The notes under the pieces: model-generated
What the model saw: only the letters and a program-made list of their open reading frames with translations
The model's database searches: none
What the model was told of the DNA's origin: nothing
Position numbers and translations under genes: made by a program
Shown: piece by piece, positions 12,991-26,019 of the stretch
Numbering within the stretch: the stretch's first letter is position 1
How the letters are laid out: each line of letters opens with the position of its first letter
Assembly: GCA_030704615.1 (NCBI GenBank)
Contig: CM060731.1
Span: forward strand, 85,932,001-85,996,000
DNA length: 64,000 bases
Direction of reading: 5' to 3'
DNA from: Takakia lepidozioides
Taxonomy: Eukaryota > Plantae > Bryophyta

Positions 12991-13343
12991 TGCACTCTAT
13001 GTGAGTGAAGTGGCAGGAGGCGGCGTGGCCTGACGGTTGGATAATGATGTTTGTTTTTCGGACGGCAGGCGTACCCTTGACGATTTGAATTTTGTAATGA
13101 CGCATAGTCCAGGAGGAGACACTTTCGTCCAAGCCTTTCGAACCCAAGTGGTGCATCACCGCCGTTTCATCTTCTTTTGTCGTGTCTACTCAATCACCCC
13201 TCTCGCGCCCTTTCCATCTGCACTCTTCTCCCCTTTTCCCTGTCTCTGTTCTTCTTATGCTTGAACCTGAGAGGGAGGGAGTGCGTGCACTAAAGAAGAG
13301 ACATCGTCGCAAGCTCCGAAAATTGTACTTCGGACGTAGGCCA

Positions 13344-16300
13344 ATGCCGAAGGGGAGGAAACAGATGCGTCTACAGGAGGAGATTGCCATCTCGAAGCAG
13401 CAGGCCACGCAGGCAACCCAGCCACCAGTGAGAGCTCCGTGCTATCGGGATTCGCGCAGCTGATCGAGCACAGAAACCCCCCTCATTTTTCTTCTGCAAT
13501 TCTTAGACTGTATGCTAGGAGACTTGAATGCAGAAGATGTTTGCATGCCTAACCGGAAAGGTGGACGTGCTGGAGGGATCACAAGAATCCGAAGAGCCGC
13601 AGGAAGAGTCCGTGGAGCTAGCTGCAGCACGCACACCCAGCCGATCCACGAGCACGGGTCTTCCTGCCGGGCCTAGCCCTGTGTGTTTCAAGGACGCGGC
13701 TTTGAAGGGCAAGTCTTTGCAGTTCAAAGCCCCAGAGAGCGACTCGCGTTTGAAGGTCATGGAGAATCGCCAGCAGGGGTCGGGCCCTTCTCCAGCAAAG
13801 ACGAAGAAGAAGTAGCCCGTCCTTCAACTTGTTTCTGAACCGGACCAGGCCGTTCCCCCCCCCTACCCAGGTGAATGAAGCATATTCAATTGCAGCAGAC
13901 ACCTTCACCTGCAAGAATGAGGAAGCACAAGGCAATCAGGGGGAGGGTGGAGCAGTCTCCCGCAAAACCGATTCCACAAGCTGAAGCCCAGTTCCTGCTT
14001 GATTTCCAGCCTGGTGATGTTGGGGGCGTCTCTGCTGCAGTGAAGGCAATGGGATCGACCGATTTTGTCGATTTGGTACCGGAGGAGGGTGTTGCCGCTC
14101 AACGTTCGCAGCAAGACCTGACCACCGTTGAGGAAGATCTTCAGAATACTGCAGGCCCGGAGGAGGCCTCTGCAATTGCCGAATTGCCCGCAAAGATTCC
14201 CCAGAGTGCAGCTCCAGTTGGGGATGCTCCAGCTACTCAGCCCCTACCGCCACCTGCAGAAATGTCTCCGGAAGAATTCCAAAGTGCAGCGGATACAATG
14301 TTGGAGGAGACACACAGTAGCATTGGCAGAGTTCTGGGCAGCAGGGTATTCTAGCGGACTCTTCGAATCCCACTCTGTCGCATGGTCTCCCTTCCCATTG
14401 TCAGGCAGGCACTTCCCGGAGATGTGGATAAGCTCAAGTTTGCATTTCGAGAAGGGTACCGTCTAGGTTCGCCAGCCTTCTACGTTTCCCTTGAGAATGA
14501 GGACGGCGAATCTCGTGGACCCACTGTGGATGAATTGTCAACCTGGGATACCCACTGGCACACTCGCAACGACAAATTCGAGGCAACGCTGAAGGGTGAT
14601 CCAGACTTTGGCCACATGTCGGATAAAATGTTCTTTGTGTGGGACGGGAATCACCGACTTCTTGCCTGGTGGGAGTACATCAAGCAGAACCATGCCAAGC
14701 ACATTGGCTGGCATTACATGGTGGAGTGTGTCATCCTCAAGGTGAAGGCGGCAGACTCCTCCCTGCTCAAGAATGCCATGGCGGACCTCGACTCGTAAGA
14801 TACTCATACCCTCCCAAGCACGTTCGAAATGCGGTGCCGTATTTCGGTTTCCAATCTGTTTTGTTTCCGTGCTTCCGTGGACTGAACTGGAGAGTGTGCC
14901 TTGCAGGGTCACTGAAAATGCGTACGTGCATACCCACATGGCACATATGCTATACAGGGTGAGGAAAACTGGTCTCACTGATCCGCACACGTTTGCGGAA
15001 ATGCTGGAGCCCGAGCTCATTCAGAAAGCTGTGGCAAAAATTGACCGGACATGGTATCGTCTCACTATAGATGGAATGGTGGAGGTGATATACGAAGTAA
15101 GTCGTCCTCCCATTTCCCTCTGCTCATCCTTCCCCAATTTTCAGTAATCTTTCCACATGAATCGAATGTAACGCTTCTGCATGTTTTTGTTGGCAGTCAA
15201 ACATCAAGCTGGATTTGGCCCATGCCAAACGCTTCTTCATGGAAAGTGAGGGGCAGGTCAAAACGTTGCAGTCATTGACTGAGCACTTGAAGGAAGCCGG
15301 GGTCAAGTCCAGAACGAAATACAAGTCAAAGCTTGTGAAGCTGGTGGCCATTGCAGATCCGGCACTTGGAAAGGACTTCATCCCCGAGATTGCAAAACAC
15401 TATTCTCGGGCCATGTAGCCGACCATGCAGTTGGAGAAACTGCATCACCTCTCAACGGCATGTGTTGAGGCGAAAGAGAAGGTGAGGTTTCAATGCACTG
15501 AAGTTCATTTCTAGCAATAGCCACTCTTCTTCCTGCTCCTGACATTGGATCGGAAATGGCAGACATGGTGGCTGTCGATCTGGAATGCATCGGAGAGTAT
15601 AAAGACAATGTGGTCTTTTCCACTTGAAGTTTCCGACCCTGCAGTGGATGTGTGGCTCAACCGCATGACTTGGTGGTTCCAGGTAATTCAAGGTACTTCC
15701 CCAGATTTGCTTTTCTGAAATGAATTCCCTGAACTGCTACGTGACAATGCATGTGGGAATCGCAGGTAGTGACGAATGCGAAGGAGCAAGTCGTAATGCA
15801 CACAAATTTGTTCGGCTTGTACGTCAAATGGGATGGAACACAGACACTGGAAGACTACGTGACACGTTTCAGATGTGCGTACAAGGACAACCTCTTCGCC
15901 CAAGAAGGAGCGTGGAGTTTACACATCAGGAGGGAGCGGGAAAAGCTGTAATGCAAATTGTTTACAGGTGAAGCCCAGCTGTCCTTCTATGCGAAGCCTG
16001 GTTATGAGGTTTGTCTGGGAAATGCGGCACCGCATTCGCATTTTATGTTTTCGGTTGCACTCTGCGAGTACGTTGCTCTCAACTTTTGCTCACGCATGCT
16101 GATTACCCTGCAGGAATATGAAATACGTGCTTCTTCAGACAGGGGCCCTGACTCAAGAGCCCCCGTTCTTCATGGCTTGGACCGTGGCGGGCCTAAGCTG
16201 TGTCTACACACCCGAGATGCAGAAACAATGGCATGCCGCGCATCTTGTTGGATGCCCGTGGTACCTGGACATGTCTGGCGGAATTGTTGACGAGTCTGAG

Positions 16301-16852
16301 AAAGATCAGCACGCAAAAGCAGAAGAGAAGAGAAAGGAAAGACGTGTCCCTACTGGGCCAGAGTCAGCAAAGGAAGCTGCTGCTCTGGAACAATCCAGAA
16401 AGGCAGTTGAGATGGCACAGCAGACGGTGGATGCAGCTGTGCAGGCTCAACATAAGGGGTCGAAGAAGAGGACTCACCAGCAAGGAGCAGCAGTTGTGAC
16501 ACCCAAGAAAACGAAGAAGCAAAAACAGATAGTGCAGGAAGAGGGTGACGAAGAGGGCTCCGATGGAGACTTTGCAACCAGCCCACCCCCCGAAACGCAG
16601 CCGAAATCCCCTGTGCCCACCGTTGTCACGAGAGGGACGAGAACAGGCTCGGCAAAGAAGGCACTCTTCAACCCCCCGGGGGGGCACCCTTTCGAGCTGG
16701 TGGAAATGAAGAGGCCGAAAGTGGATCCCGATACAGTAGTCCAGTGTGTAAATGAGAGTTTCTTGGCGGCTTTGGATGGACGGGCAGTCAAGTTGGCATA
16801 CATGAAGACCATGGAGGGTCTGAAGGGCAGAGCACTGAAGAAGGCGCACTAG
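13344..16852 (+). pseudogene. Multi-exon ParB/Srx-fold protein gene, paralog 1 (in-frame stops)
   Basis: Low-complexity N-terminus, then RIPLCRMVSLPIVR..D..KL...F..GY....FYVS...WD..W..FE...KMFFVWDGNHRLLAW. Several GT-AG introns. Stops at 14352 and 15416 interrupt otherwise continuous homology with paralog 2. Confidence 0.7.
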
Positions 16853-17339
16853 AAGCATTCGTGTCTTTTTCGAATCGACTGCATGTCCGCGACCACTCCG
16901 GGAACCACTTGATAGTAAACGGGACTACTGGAGAGTCGAAACAGACAAAATTTGAAAAAGCCAAAATTGCAAGTGGTTGTAATTACTGCACATGCGACTA
17001 CAAATTTGCATTCCTAATTCGATTAATGGAATAAAGATATTTATTCATTAAAGTGAATATGTAGTCGACTCAACGACTCCATGAACCACTGCGCATTCAT
17101 TGCACCCATGACTCGGCAGCACATTTCCTGACGTGGCTTTCACAAAAAGAGGTAAACAAAATGTGGCCTTGGGGGAATAGATATTTTAATACATGCTGCC
17201 TCCACCTGGCCTGTCTGGCAAGGATGCAAGTGCTGCGTCGGACATGGCGGGACGTGGGAATGCAAATCCTGACACGGCAAGGCCTTCGTATACTGTGAGC
17301 GCGCGTAGTGGCTTCTCAGAACGGTGTGACATCGGGTTC

Positions 17340-17569
17340 TTGGTCATTCAACATTTACAGAATGTGCTGGATGGAGGCACGATGGAGCGCACGGAGAGGT
17401 AAAGGCTGAAAGCGTTCATTAAGGTTGTGAACTACAATTATATCATGCCAAACCAGTTTTTCGGTACGCAGATGGTGTCATGAGAGATTCTGCGATTTGC
17501 GCATAGGTGGACTTAATTTTGATGTTGACTTGAAGGCAAATGTGACACCAGTGAAACTGGAAGCTACAG
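17340..17569 (+). pseudogene. RPL27: Captured 60S ribosomal protein eL27 fragment
   Basis: 17403 reads RLKAFIKVVNYNYIMPN and 17518 reads FDVDLKANVTPVKLE, matching the plant eL27 pattern R.K.FIKVVNYNH.MPTRY.LDVDLK..V.P..LE. Upstream NVLDGGTMER weakly resembles the N-terminal NFDDGT.ER. Confidence 0.7.
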
Positions 17570-18400
17570 GTAAGATGATGGCGTGCTACATCGCGACATA
17601 AACCTGCATTTGACATTCAGGCTTAGGATTCATGCAATTTGGTGCTACTCAGGCCTGCACAGTTCCAGAGCAGAAGTGGGAGCCCATCCCAGGGATGGGG
17701 ACCTCGTAAGTGCTTCTTCATTTTGTACTCACCTTGTTTTTGCATCGCACTTGTGCTACAAGGGGCAGAGCCATTCATTTGGCTGGAGGTTCAATTCCTC
17801 TACAAGTGAGCTATTCCCGTGTCACTACAATCAGTTAGATGTGTTTGTGGTGGTTGCTGGATTTGCGGCTCTGGGGTGTCTTGCCAAGTGCTTACAGGGA
17901 TCAACGTTAATGTGGACGGGGCAGTACATGTAGCATAAAAGCTCATTCACTGGTGAAGAAGACCATGTGCAAACATATGTCATGCTATTGCTTCGAGAGT
18001 GCTGCTGTTGGGCAGGTGGGAGAATGGAACAACGGTGAGAAGGAAAGCAAGGGAAGCACAAAAAGGTGTCGTTCGGTCCTACTCCTTTGGAGACACCCCC
18101 CATTCCACTGGTCTTTGTTCCTAGAAAGCATGCAGATGGGCCAGAAAATGCATGCACACATTCACGTCTACTTCCCGTACATGAAGACGATCCTCTCCTC
18201 ACATGTCAGAAACAATATGGGCAGAACAAAAAAAGGTTTGTTCACAAGACAGTCAGTGACCACATACCCATACATTATCGATACTATTAACTGTCTTGCC
18301 CTTGCTTATAAGCAAGACTGTACAAAATGGGTTCTAAGGACAGTAAGAGTCCTTAGCATAGCTCTCGTCTATGAGCTATTGGCTTAATGGACACTGAGAT

Positions 18401-19768
18401 TCAGCTGGGCTCACTATCCGTATCCAAATAATCTTCCCCTTCACTACCCACATCTGCAATTTGCCTGGCGATAATTACCAACCCTGGAATGTCTTCCTCA
18501 TTAAAGGTAACTGCTCCTTCCAAAGAGACTGGTTCGGCCGTATCTGGTAGATTTTGTGATTCCCTCAGACCCTCGTGGTCGGCATTCTCCCCTAGGTCCA
18601 GATCATGGACGTCGGCAACGACTCGTTTGGCCCGAGGGTCCTTGTGAAGAACCACCTTCCATCCCGGCGCATGGATGTCATCTGAAAAGAAAACTTGCTC
18701 AACTTGCGATGGGAAGATGAATGGCTCTTCATCTTGTGGTAGCATTTTTCTGAAATCAGCAAGGAGGAACCCGTACTCATCCCGTTTCATGGTGGCATTC
18801 TCTCCTACCATATTGGCTTTTACCCAAGAACAACGGAATAGAATTGGCTTCACAAGACCATAGTCTAGTTTAAGGATCTCTTTGATCACTCCTACATATT
18901 GCACATGGCATGAAATTGGATTCCGATCTCGTGCACAGCTCCTACTCTCTTGTTCAAAAAATGATGCCACTCCGCTGTCATAAGTCACCAGGAGGCTGGT
19001 GTTGGCATCGTCCACTCTATAGTGATTGCCATATGCTTTCATTGACCGGTACAAAGTGGCAATCAGCCCTGGGGGGAATGACAGACTCACCATGCCCTCA
19101 TCTGGGTCCTCGTTCTCTGATGCGTACACTGCAATTGCAGATCTGACCCACACTGTAAAGGGCTGCAGCTCCTCCATTGTTGTCGGGTACTCCACCGGGG
19201 ATCAACGCCTACGACCGCCCCTCCGCCATGCTTTTGCAAATGCTCTCCGTTCCGTTTTCAGGCGGACCTTCTCCGCTGCGTATTTTCTGGCAGAAACCAA
19301 ATAGAAGCTGCAACTCAGTCCCCCTGACCAACACCGTACTGTACATGCATGCCACATGTAGAGTGTGTCCTTTCAAGCACATTGTAGTGATGCAGCCTAC
19401 TTCATGATCACTTGCAAGCAACAACACCAACTACGAAACACCCTCTGTTGTCGTCTGAAGCACCCTGTTAGTACACGATCCCACTCCCATAGTGGCCGGA
19501 ATGACTTGTGACAATATATATGTAATTCATGCATACAAAGACCATTAAGAATAGCACAGGAGGGATGTAAAGTTTACACCCACTGTCTCCATGGTGTCAT
19601 GGTTGTTGTGTTGTTCAGCACATAATCATGTGCCACATCCCGAAGGCGCGGGCTCATGGCACGCTTTGTTCCACCACCTTCTAGGACCTCGCCTACAACT
19701 CCTTCTTCCTCGTTCTCGTCCCACACCCGTCGTTGTATTGCATCAAATGAAGACATATACTCGGGCAC
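18401..19768 (-). CDS. CACTA TnpD C-terminal exons (DUF4218 end and DUF4216), opposite strand to copy 1
   Basis: EYMSSF..RRVWD..EE..GEVLEG..HDYVL, then YRSMKAYGNHYRV..YDSGV..YVGVIKEILKLDYG..LFRCSWV..DEYGF..EPFIFPSQVEQVFF..GWKVVL. Confidence 0.92.
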
Positions 19769-19769
19769 A

Positions 19770-20666
19770 GTTTATTTGGAAGAAGAAAGGAAGGATGTTC
19801 CTGGACAGGTTGACGAGACCATTGTCGTGCTAGGTAACGACGGAGGTTGCAGAATCGAATGGCACGTACCCCCATCAGACACCATCATGTACCGAGCTAT
19901 GGGAATGCCCATTCCCTTTCCAAATCAGTTGTTGCCCACACCATCCACAAAGGAGTTGGAAAACCGACAGGCGGCCACTGCCAACAGAGAGGTATGCAAC
20001 GATAATCATTCCCGACCTGGACCGTCAAGACCCTCCATAGCTTCTCGTGTGGAGGTATTCGACATTTCCGACGAGGAAGATGAGTGCATTGAGGTCCCCG
20101 TGTCCTCCACACGGTCGTTCAAATCCGACATGGACGTCTCTGCAGGTGCTACGCATGTACCCTCGAGCATAACTCCAACCCGGTCCATTGTGCAGCTCCT
20201 ACGGCAACATCACCTCGATGGTTCTCGCTCCGAACTGGCTGCTCTCGACTATGCCAAATTTCCAGTCAGGAAGGTAACGTATCTGCCTCCCAAAGTTGAT
20301 GGCAATGTCATCTTCGAGTTTCCACCTGTTACTTTGTCAAACAAAGCCTCAGGGATGTTAACAGATATGGATCGAAAGCATGACAGACACCCCTGGTGTG
20401 TGACGAAGACCAGTAGCACGGAAATTGCTAATGGTGTTCGTGTACGATACGTCCTCTGCGAGGGGAAGCTGAGATTCCTCAATCCCGCCTGCTTCCACTT
20501 TCTGTCCAAATGAGGGCGGAGAAACGAGACGGATTGGACTGGCACAACCCATCATCCATTCATTGTCTCCAGCCAAGCTCCTGCGGGTACTTTCAAGTGC
20601 GCACATTGCAAAGAACCACCGACGTGCATGTCAATGTGCAGAGCCAAGCAATATTACGTAATCCAT
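19770..20666 (+). pseudogene. GCM-like zinc-finger / MULE-type transposase, N-terminal fragment
   Basis: KVTYLPP..DGNVIFEFPP, KHDRHPWC..KTS, CEG....NPAC, CAHC...C...C. TGA at 20511 where the duplicate has GGA. 20035-20666 is duplicated at 24179-24810. Confidence 0.7.
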
Positions 20667-21270
20667 GGATTCTTGGACCTCGAAGCTGTTCGTAACAACA
20701 ATTCCTCCCTGTCCGGCCCAAAGCCCCATTGTTTCCCGCTCAGGAACTTGTAGTACGTGGCTTGCTGCATGATTGCTCTATCGATGTCCTCCGTTGTGGC
20801 CGTCACTACGTCCACCAGATGTGCGGCAGAAGACGCTCGCCAAGAGGAGTGGACTGATTCTGCCATATTCATGTTCGGCATGTCCGTGTTGGAATCCAAG
20901 CACCGCTCCTACAATGACACAAACAATGGTGAGGGACCAATGGAAAGGTCCGTAATAGAAAGACAATTGCACAAAAATGACAGCATCATACCTCCCGCAT
21001 GTACTGTCCGAACTATCGATACCGGAAATGCCACCACCCCAACCAGCTGTGCAAGGCTCCCAGATTGGTTGTCTCCACTGCACTTGACGTGTTCCACCAA
21101 GCCTCGATGATAGCAAACTTAACCTCCGCGTCATCAAATGTGGGTGCATCCTTCCACGCCGTACAAAGGACACGGTGTTCAGCTTGGAATGAGCTAGCAA
21201 CAAATTTGGTAGTGTAGTGAGATAGACTCTGCATCCAATGGAATCCACATGATCTCTCTTTGACCTACAG
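20667..21270 (-). pseudogene. MULE-type transposase C-terminal catalytic part, inverted
   Basis: Hand translation RERSCGFHWMQSLSHYTTKFV (MULE CxxH), then WLGWWHFR, an intron, PNMNMAESVHSSW (catalytic E region) and YYKFLSG..GFGP. Confidence 0.7.
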
Positions 21271-21279
21271 TATAAGCAG

Positions 21280-21699
21280 TAAAATACTCCACACCCACAC
21301 CAAGAGTTGCTCCAAAATATGCCACGTGTTGCCTTGACAAAAATACACGTGGTGCCCATACCGTTTGCCCAGATGTCGTCAAGCCATGGTGACAGGCTAT
21401 CGCATAATTTTCCCGTAGGTGTGGACAAGTCCACACCCTTTGTACGTCTAGAATCCACGTGGCGGTGTTTGCTAAAGCACACATCGCCCGTGGAAAAAAC
21501 CATTCACCCCGTGAAAAAAGCCACCTGTAGATTCAGCCACCCGTGGATTTTTCCACAGGGCCACCCGAGAGCTAGGCCGTCCACGGGGTGTCCGAAAGCA
21601 CTAGTCGTTTCTTACACCCACGACAGGTGTGGATTGCGGCTGATTCCACAGCAAAAAGTGTGGAAAAAGCTGTGGAAAAAGCCAGTTTCTCTTCTAGTG
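21280..21699 (+). mobile_element. CACTA family B terminus (TIR 21672-21699) with CCGTGG/CCACGG-type subterminal repeats
   Basis: Ends ...gtggaaaaagccagtttctcttcTAGTG (reverse complement CACTAGAAG...), followed by AAT. Confidence 0.85.
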
Positions 21700-22655
21700 A
21701 ATTCACCCTGAATAGGAAGCTCAAACAGTGTGCGTCAATGCACACTGTTTGAGCCCCCCCTTGTGCCTTGTTTTTTTGGTGTGGAAATGGTGCACATAGG
21801 GGCCTCTCTGTCTGGTTCAATCCACCCCTAATTCGAAGCTCAAACAGTGTGCGCCAACGCACACTGTTTGAGCCCCTCTTCTCATTGTTTTTTTCATAAT
21901 AAAATCGTCCAGACAGGGTAACTCTGTGAGGTTCAATCCACACTAACCTGGCAGCTCAAACAGTGTGCGTCAACGCACACTGTTTGAGCCCCCCTTGTAA
22001 TTGTTTCTTGAATGTGAAAATCGTGCACACAGTCGCCTCTCTCTAAGGTTCATTCCACCCTTTTTTGGAAGCTCAAACAGTGTGTGGCATTGCACACTGT
22101 TTGAGCCCACACTTGACATTATTTTTTCATTTTAGAATCGACCACAAAGGTCATCTCTGTCAAGTTCAATTCACACTTACCTGGCAGCCCAAACAGTGTG
22201 CGTCAACGCACACTGTTTGAGCCCCCTGATTTGCTTGTTTTTGTGCACCTAGGGCTAGTCTGGCAGGTCGAAATGGAAGCTCAAATAGTGTGCGGCAACG
22301 CACAGTGTTTGAGCCCCCTTGTCTGCTTGTTTTTTGTTGTGAAAATCAGGCACCTAGGGCCACTCTGGCAGGTTGAAACGAACCCTTTTTGGAAGCTCAA
22401 ACAGTGTGCGGCAACGCACACTGTTTGAGCCCCCTCTGCTTGTTTTTCTATGTGAAATTGGGCCAAACAGGGCCAATATGCATGCTCAAAACACCCATAG
22501 TTGGTAGGACGAAGAGTGTGCGGCAACACACACTGTTTGTGCCCCCTTTTGGGCCCCCTCTCTGCCTGTTTTTTTGTGGAAATGGGCCACATAGGACAAA
22601 ATACCACTATTTGGAAGCTGAAACATTGTGCGGCAATGCACAGTATTTTCGGCCC
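21700..22655. repeat. Palindrome array 2a: 36-bp hairpin GCTCAAACAGTGTGCG-N4-CGCACACTGTTTGAGC, ~116-bp period, 7 good plus 2 degenerate copies
   Basis: Starts at 21719, 21838, 21954, 22071, 22187, 22279, 22395. Confidence 0.95.
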
Positions 22656-22770
22656 CCACACTGCTTGTTTTCTGATGAGAAATTGGGCCACATAGGGCCT
22701 CTTTGCCATGCTCAAAACACCATCGTTTCATGCCTCTCTCTTATATCAATTTGAATGAACAACTCCGCAG

Positions 22771-24178
22771 GAGAAGATGCAAAGTGTGGCGGGTGAGATA
22801 CCTTCGGGGCAGGGGAAGGAGATCATTGTTGATGTGGACGATGAGTTCTATGAAAGCAAATCTGTTGAGATGTTGGGGGGTCAGAAGGTAAACTCTCAGC
22901 TTGTGGTGCAAAGTATGCTTGCCCCGGGTGGGAGGTTAAAGATTCCCCTATGTAGGTTGGTTTCCATGCCCGTCGTTCGTCCACCCCTCATCAAGGACAT
23001 CCTGAAGCTGGAGGCCGAGTTTGTTCATGGGTATGTGGATGGATCTGCAGTCTTTTACGTTTCTACAAAGGATTCCAGAGGCAATGAGCTCCTTGTGGAT
23101 GAGTCAATCGTGGACTCCTGGGATCCCATTTGGAGACAGGTGAACAAATCCTTCGAACTTCTTCTCTCTAGGAAACCTTCCACCGAGGCATTCTCAGGGA
23201 AGATGTTTCACGTTTGGGATGGCAACCACCGGTTGCTTGCATGGATGGCTGTCATTGGGAGGCTGCACTCACAGGAGGAAGAGTGGCATTACTCTGTTCG
23301 ATCAATGGTGCTGGATTGTGTCGGGAACATGATGGGTCTACTGACGGCAATGAATGATGTGAACAGGTTGGTTTCTCATTCTACATGTTCCACTTGTGGT
23401 TCCGTGGTTCTTTGGTTCCAGTCCTCTGTTGACGGTCCTTGCATTTCATTCTGACTTTCACACATCATTCTGCAGAGGGACGGAGACATTGCATGTCAAA
23501 ACGAGTCTGGTTCACACACTGTACAGGATACAAAGGATCGGGCAGATGCCCTTGACCAACTTCAAGACCATCCTTTCAGCAGAGACGTACAAGAAGTGCG
23601 AAAGCTCCAAGACAACAGAAACGTGGTACTCGTTGACCCGTGAGGTTTTCATGGAGTATATGTACGCGGTGAGATACATCTTCCAGCATCTGGCCTTTCG
23701 ATATTCCTGCTTCCACATGTTTGTTTCTGTTTGTTTCCCTTGCCCTTGGGTTGATGCAACTCTCGTGCATTCCCTTGCAGCAAGACATTGCAGATGCAGG
23801 AGAGCGTGACAAACTGGAATACTACAGCTCTACCCCTGAGGAGAGAAGGACAGCAAAGGGTGTTGAGAGTCACATCCAGAAAGAGATGACCACCACAAGA
23901 AGGACTATTATGAGTGCTTTTGTGAAACAACTGAGAATTGCAGACCCAACCTTCGGACCAGAGTTCTTTCAAGAGGTGAAAAACCATTACAACAAGCCAG
24001 GCAAGCCGGAGATGGCCCAGGAGTAGTTACACAGGTTGTCTACTGCCGTTGTGTCTTCAGAACAGAAGGTGAAGTGGCTACAGATATGGAACTCCGATCC
24101 CACTGTTAGGGATACCCACATGTTCCCCAGGCCGGAGAAAGAGAAGAAGACCCAGCGTGTCATTCCTGTCAGTGACAA
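22771..24178 (+). pseudogene. ParB/Srx-fold protein gene, paralog 2 (exons downstream of the array; truncated)
   Basis: KIPLCRLVSMPVVRP..KMFHVWDGNHRLLAW. Intron positions and downstream blocks (TWY.LT; IADP..G..F..E...HY; LH.LSTA.V...K) are shared with paralog 1. Acceptor ccgcag at 22769-70. Confidence 0.75.
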
Positions 24179-25595
24179 CCATAGCTTCTCGTGTGGAGGT
24201 ATTCGACATTTCCGACAAGGAAGATGATTGCATTGAGGTCCCCATGTCCTCCATACGGTTGTTCAAATCCGACATGGACGTCTCTGCAGGTGCTACGCAT
24301 GTACCCTTGAGCATAACTCCAACCCGGTCCATTGTGCAGCTCCTACGGCAACATCACCTCGATGGTTCTCTCTCCGAGCTGGCTGCTCTCAACTATGCCA
24401 AATTTCCAGTCAGGAAGGTAACGTATCCGCCTCCCGAAGTCGATGGCAATGTCATCTTCGAGTTTCCACCTGTTACTTTGTCAAACAAAGCCTCAGGGAT
24501 GTTAACAGACATGGATCAAAAGCATGACAGACACCCCTGGTGTGTGATGAAGACTAGTAGCACGAAAATTGCTAATGGTGTTCGTGTACGATACGTCCTC
24601 TGCGAGGGGAAGCTGAGATTCCTCAATCCCGCCTGCTTCCACTTTCTGTCCAAAGGAGGGCGGAGAAACGAGACGGATTGGACTGGCACAACCCATCATC
24701 CATTCATTGTCTTCAGCCAAGCTCATGCGGGTACTTTCAAGTGCGCACATTGCAAAGAACCACCGACGTGCATGTCCATGTGCAGAGCCAAGCAATATTA
24801 CGTAATCCATTTGCTCCCGGACTTGACTAGAGCTTGCATACACGTTGGGGTCCACTGCCACCCCTTGGCGAGAGGCAACATGCGGGAGGCTGTGCAGGAA
24901 GCACACAACATCATAAAAGAGGAGGTGAAATTGAGCCCCAGAGCCAGACCAAAGCAGATTCAGCTGAAGGCAGCCCACAAGATTGCTCTTGGCAAAATCA
25001 TGTCTAAAGATGATTCAGACCGAGTGCCCTTGAACAAAGAGGAGATGCTTGACCTGTTGGAGTCCGTCTCGCACGTTTGTAGTCTAAATGGGTGGAATCA
25101 CATCGTATCTTGCAAGCAGGAGTTCGGCCGAGGGTCGGACATGCACTCAATCCTGGAGGTGAAACGAAGGAGAGGATATGACTACAAACAAGGTAGCAGG
25201 TTTCCAGGGCAAGGCAGCGAATCCGATCGTTGTTACATTTTTAAAATATCGACGTGTGGGCCTGGGAGTGGAGTCGACTTGGTCACTCGCATGACAACTG
25301 GAAACTTGTCGAATGCTTGGGTGATGTTTGACCACATCAAGCAAATTACAAACCATCAGTGGGTGACTATGGGTGCGTATGTTTATGACTATCACTCCAA
25401 GAGGCTCATGATGATTGCAATCTGCGAGATGAAAGGGGAGGACACACAGTCGGAGATGCATCTGTGGGAGGGCATAAACGAGCAGATGGCAAGGGCGGGT
25501 TTGCCAGAGCCCAATTTCAGGGGATTCATGGCAGACAATGCTCAGGCCAACTGGGCAGCAGTGCGGCGTGTGTATGGTGAGGACCCCAATGTTCA
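24179..25595 (+). pseudogene. GCM-like zinc finger plus MULE-type DDE transposase core
   Basis: HDRHPWC, CAHC, RACIHVGVHCHP (GCM/WRKY-like H-x-H), then SRFPGQG, WVMFDHIK (D1) and FRGFMADNAQANW (D2). Ends abruptly at EDPNV. Confidence 0.75.
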
Positions 25596-26019
25596 TTCCA
25601 CATAAATGTGGAGCATACCACAGTTCACCATAGGTTGCTTGTGGTCAGTATCACGATCTAAACACAATTCCAAAGCATCACGGCAACAACCTGCTCATGA
25701 CATGAAGAACTGACTAAGCATGGCCAGAACAACAGATAGAATGAGCAGATGCAACGATAATTCAAAGTTACATAAGTGCTTCATTGCCCAAATACACTTC
25801 AGTCTGACATCAAAGAGTCTGAGTCTAAGTCTGAGGCAGAGGCCAGGCTGCACAATGCAGCCCAGCACAAAGGTTCAGCCTAAAGCTCCAAAAAACAACA
25901 TTTGTTTGTTTTCCAAGTTCCTGCATAAGATGCACCAACCAACATTGCATTGTGAGACACTCACTATACTCCAAAGCTATCAGGGAAGGTCACTGAGCAA
26001 CCTGCCAAGGCGGAAACAC

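Noticed and set aside
13344-16852. Bacterial contamination or a recent prophage to explain the ParB and MTase genes
   Set aside because: The genes have spliceosomal introns conserved between paralogs and are interleaved with plant TEs.
21700-22655. Array 2 as subterminal repeats of CACTA family B
   Set aside because: The array lies outside the TAGTG ends and carries the TSD, so it is the target rather than part of that element. Binding by another element's TnpA is not excluded.
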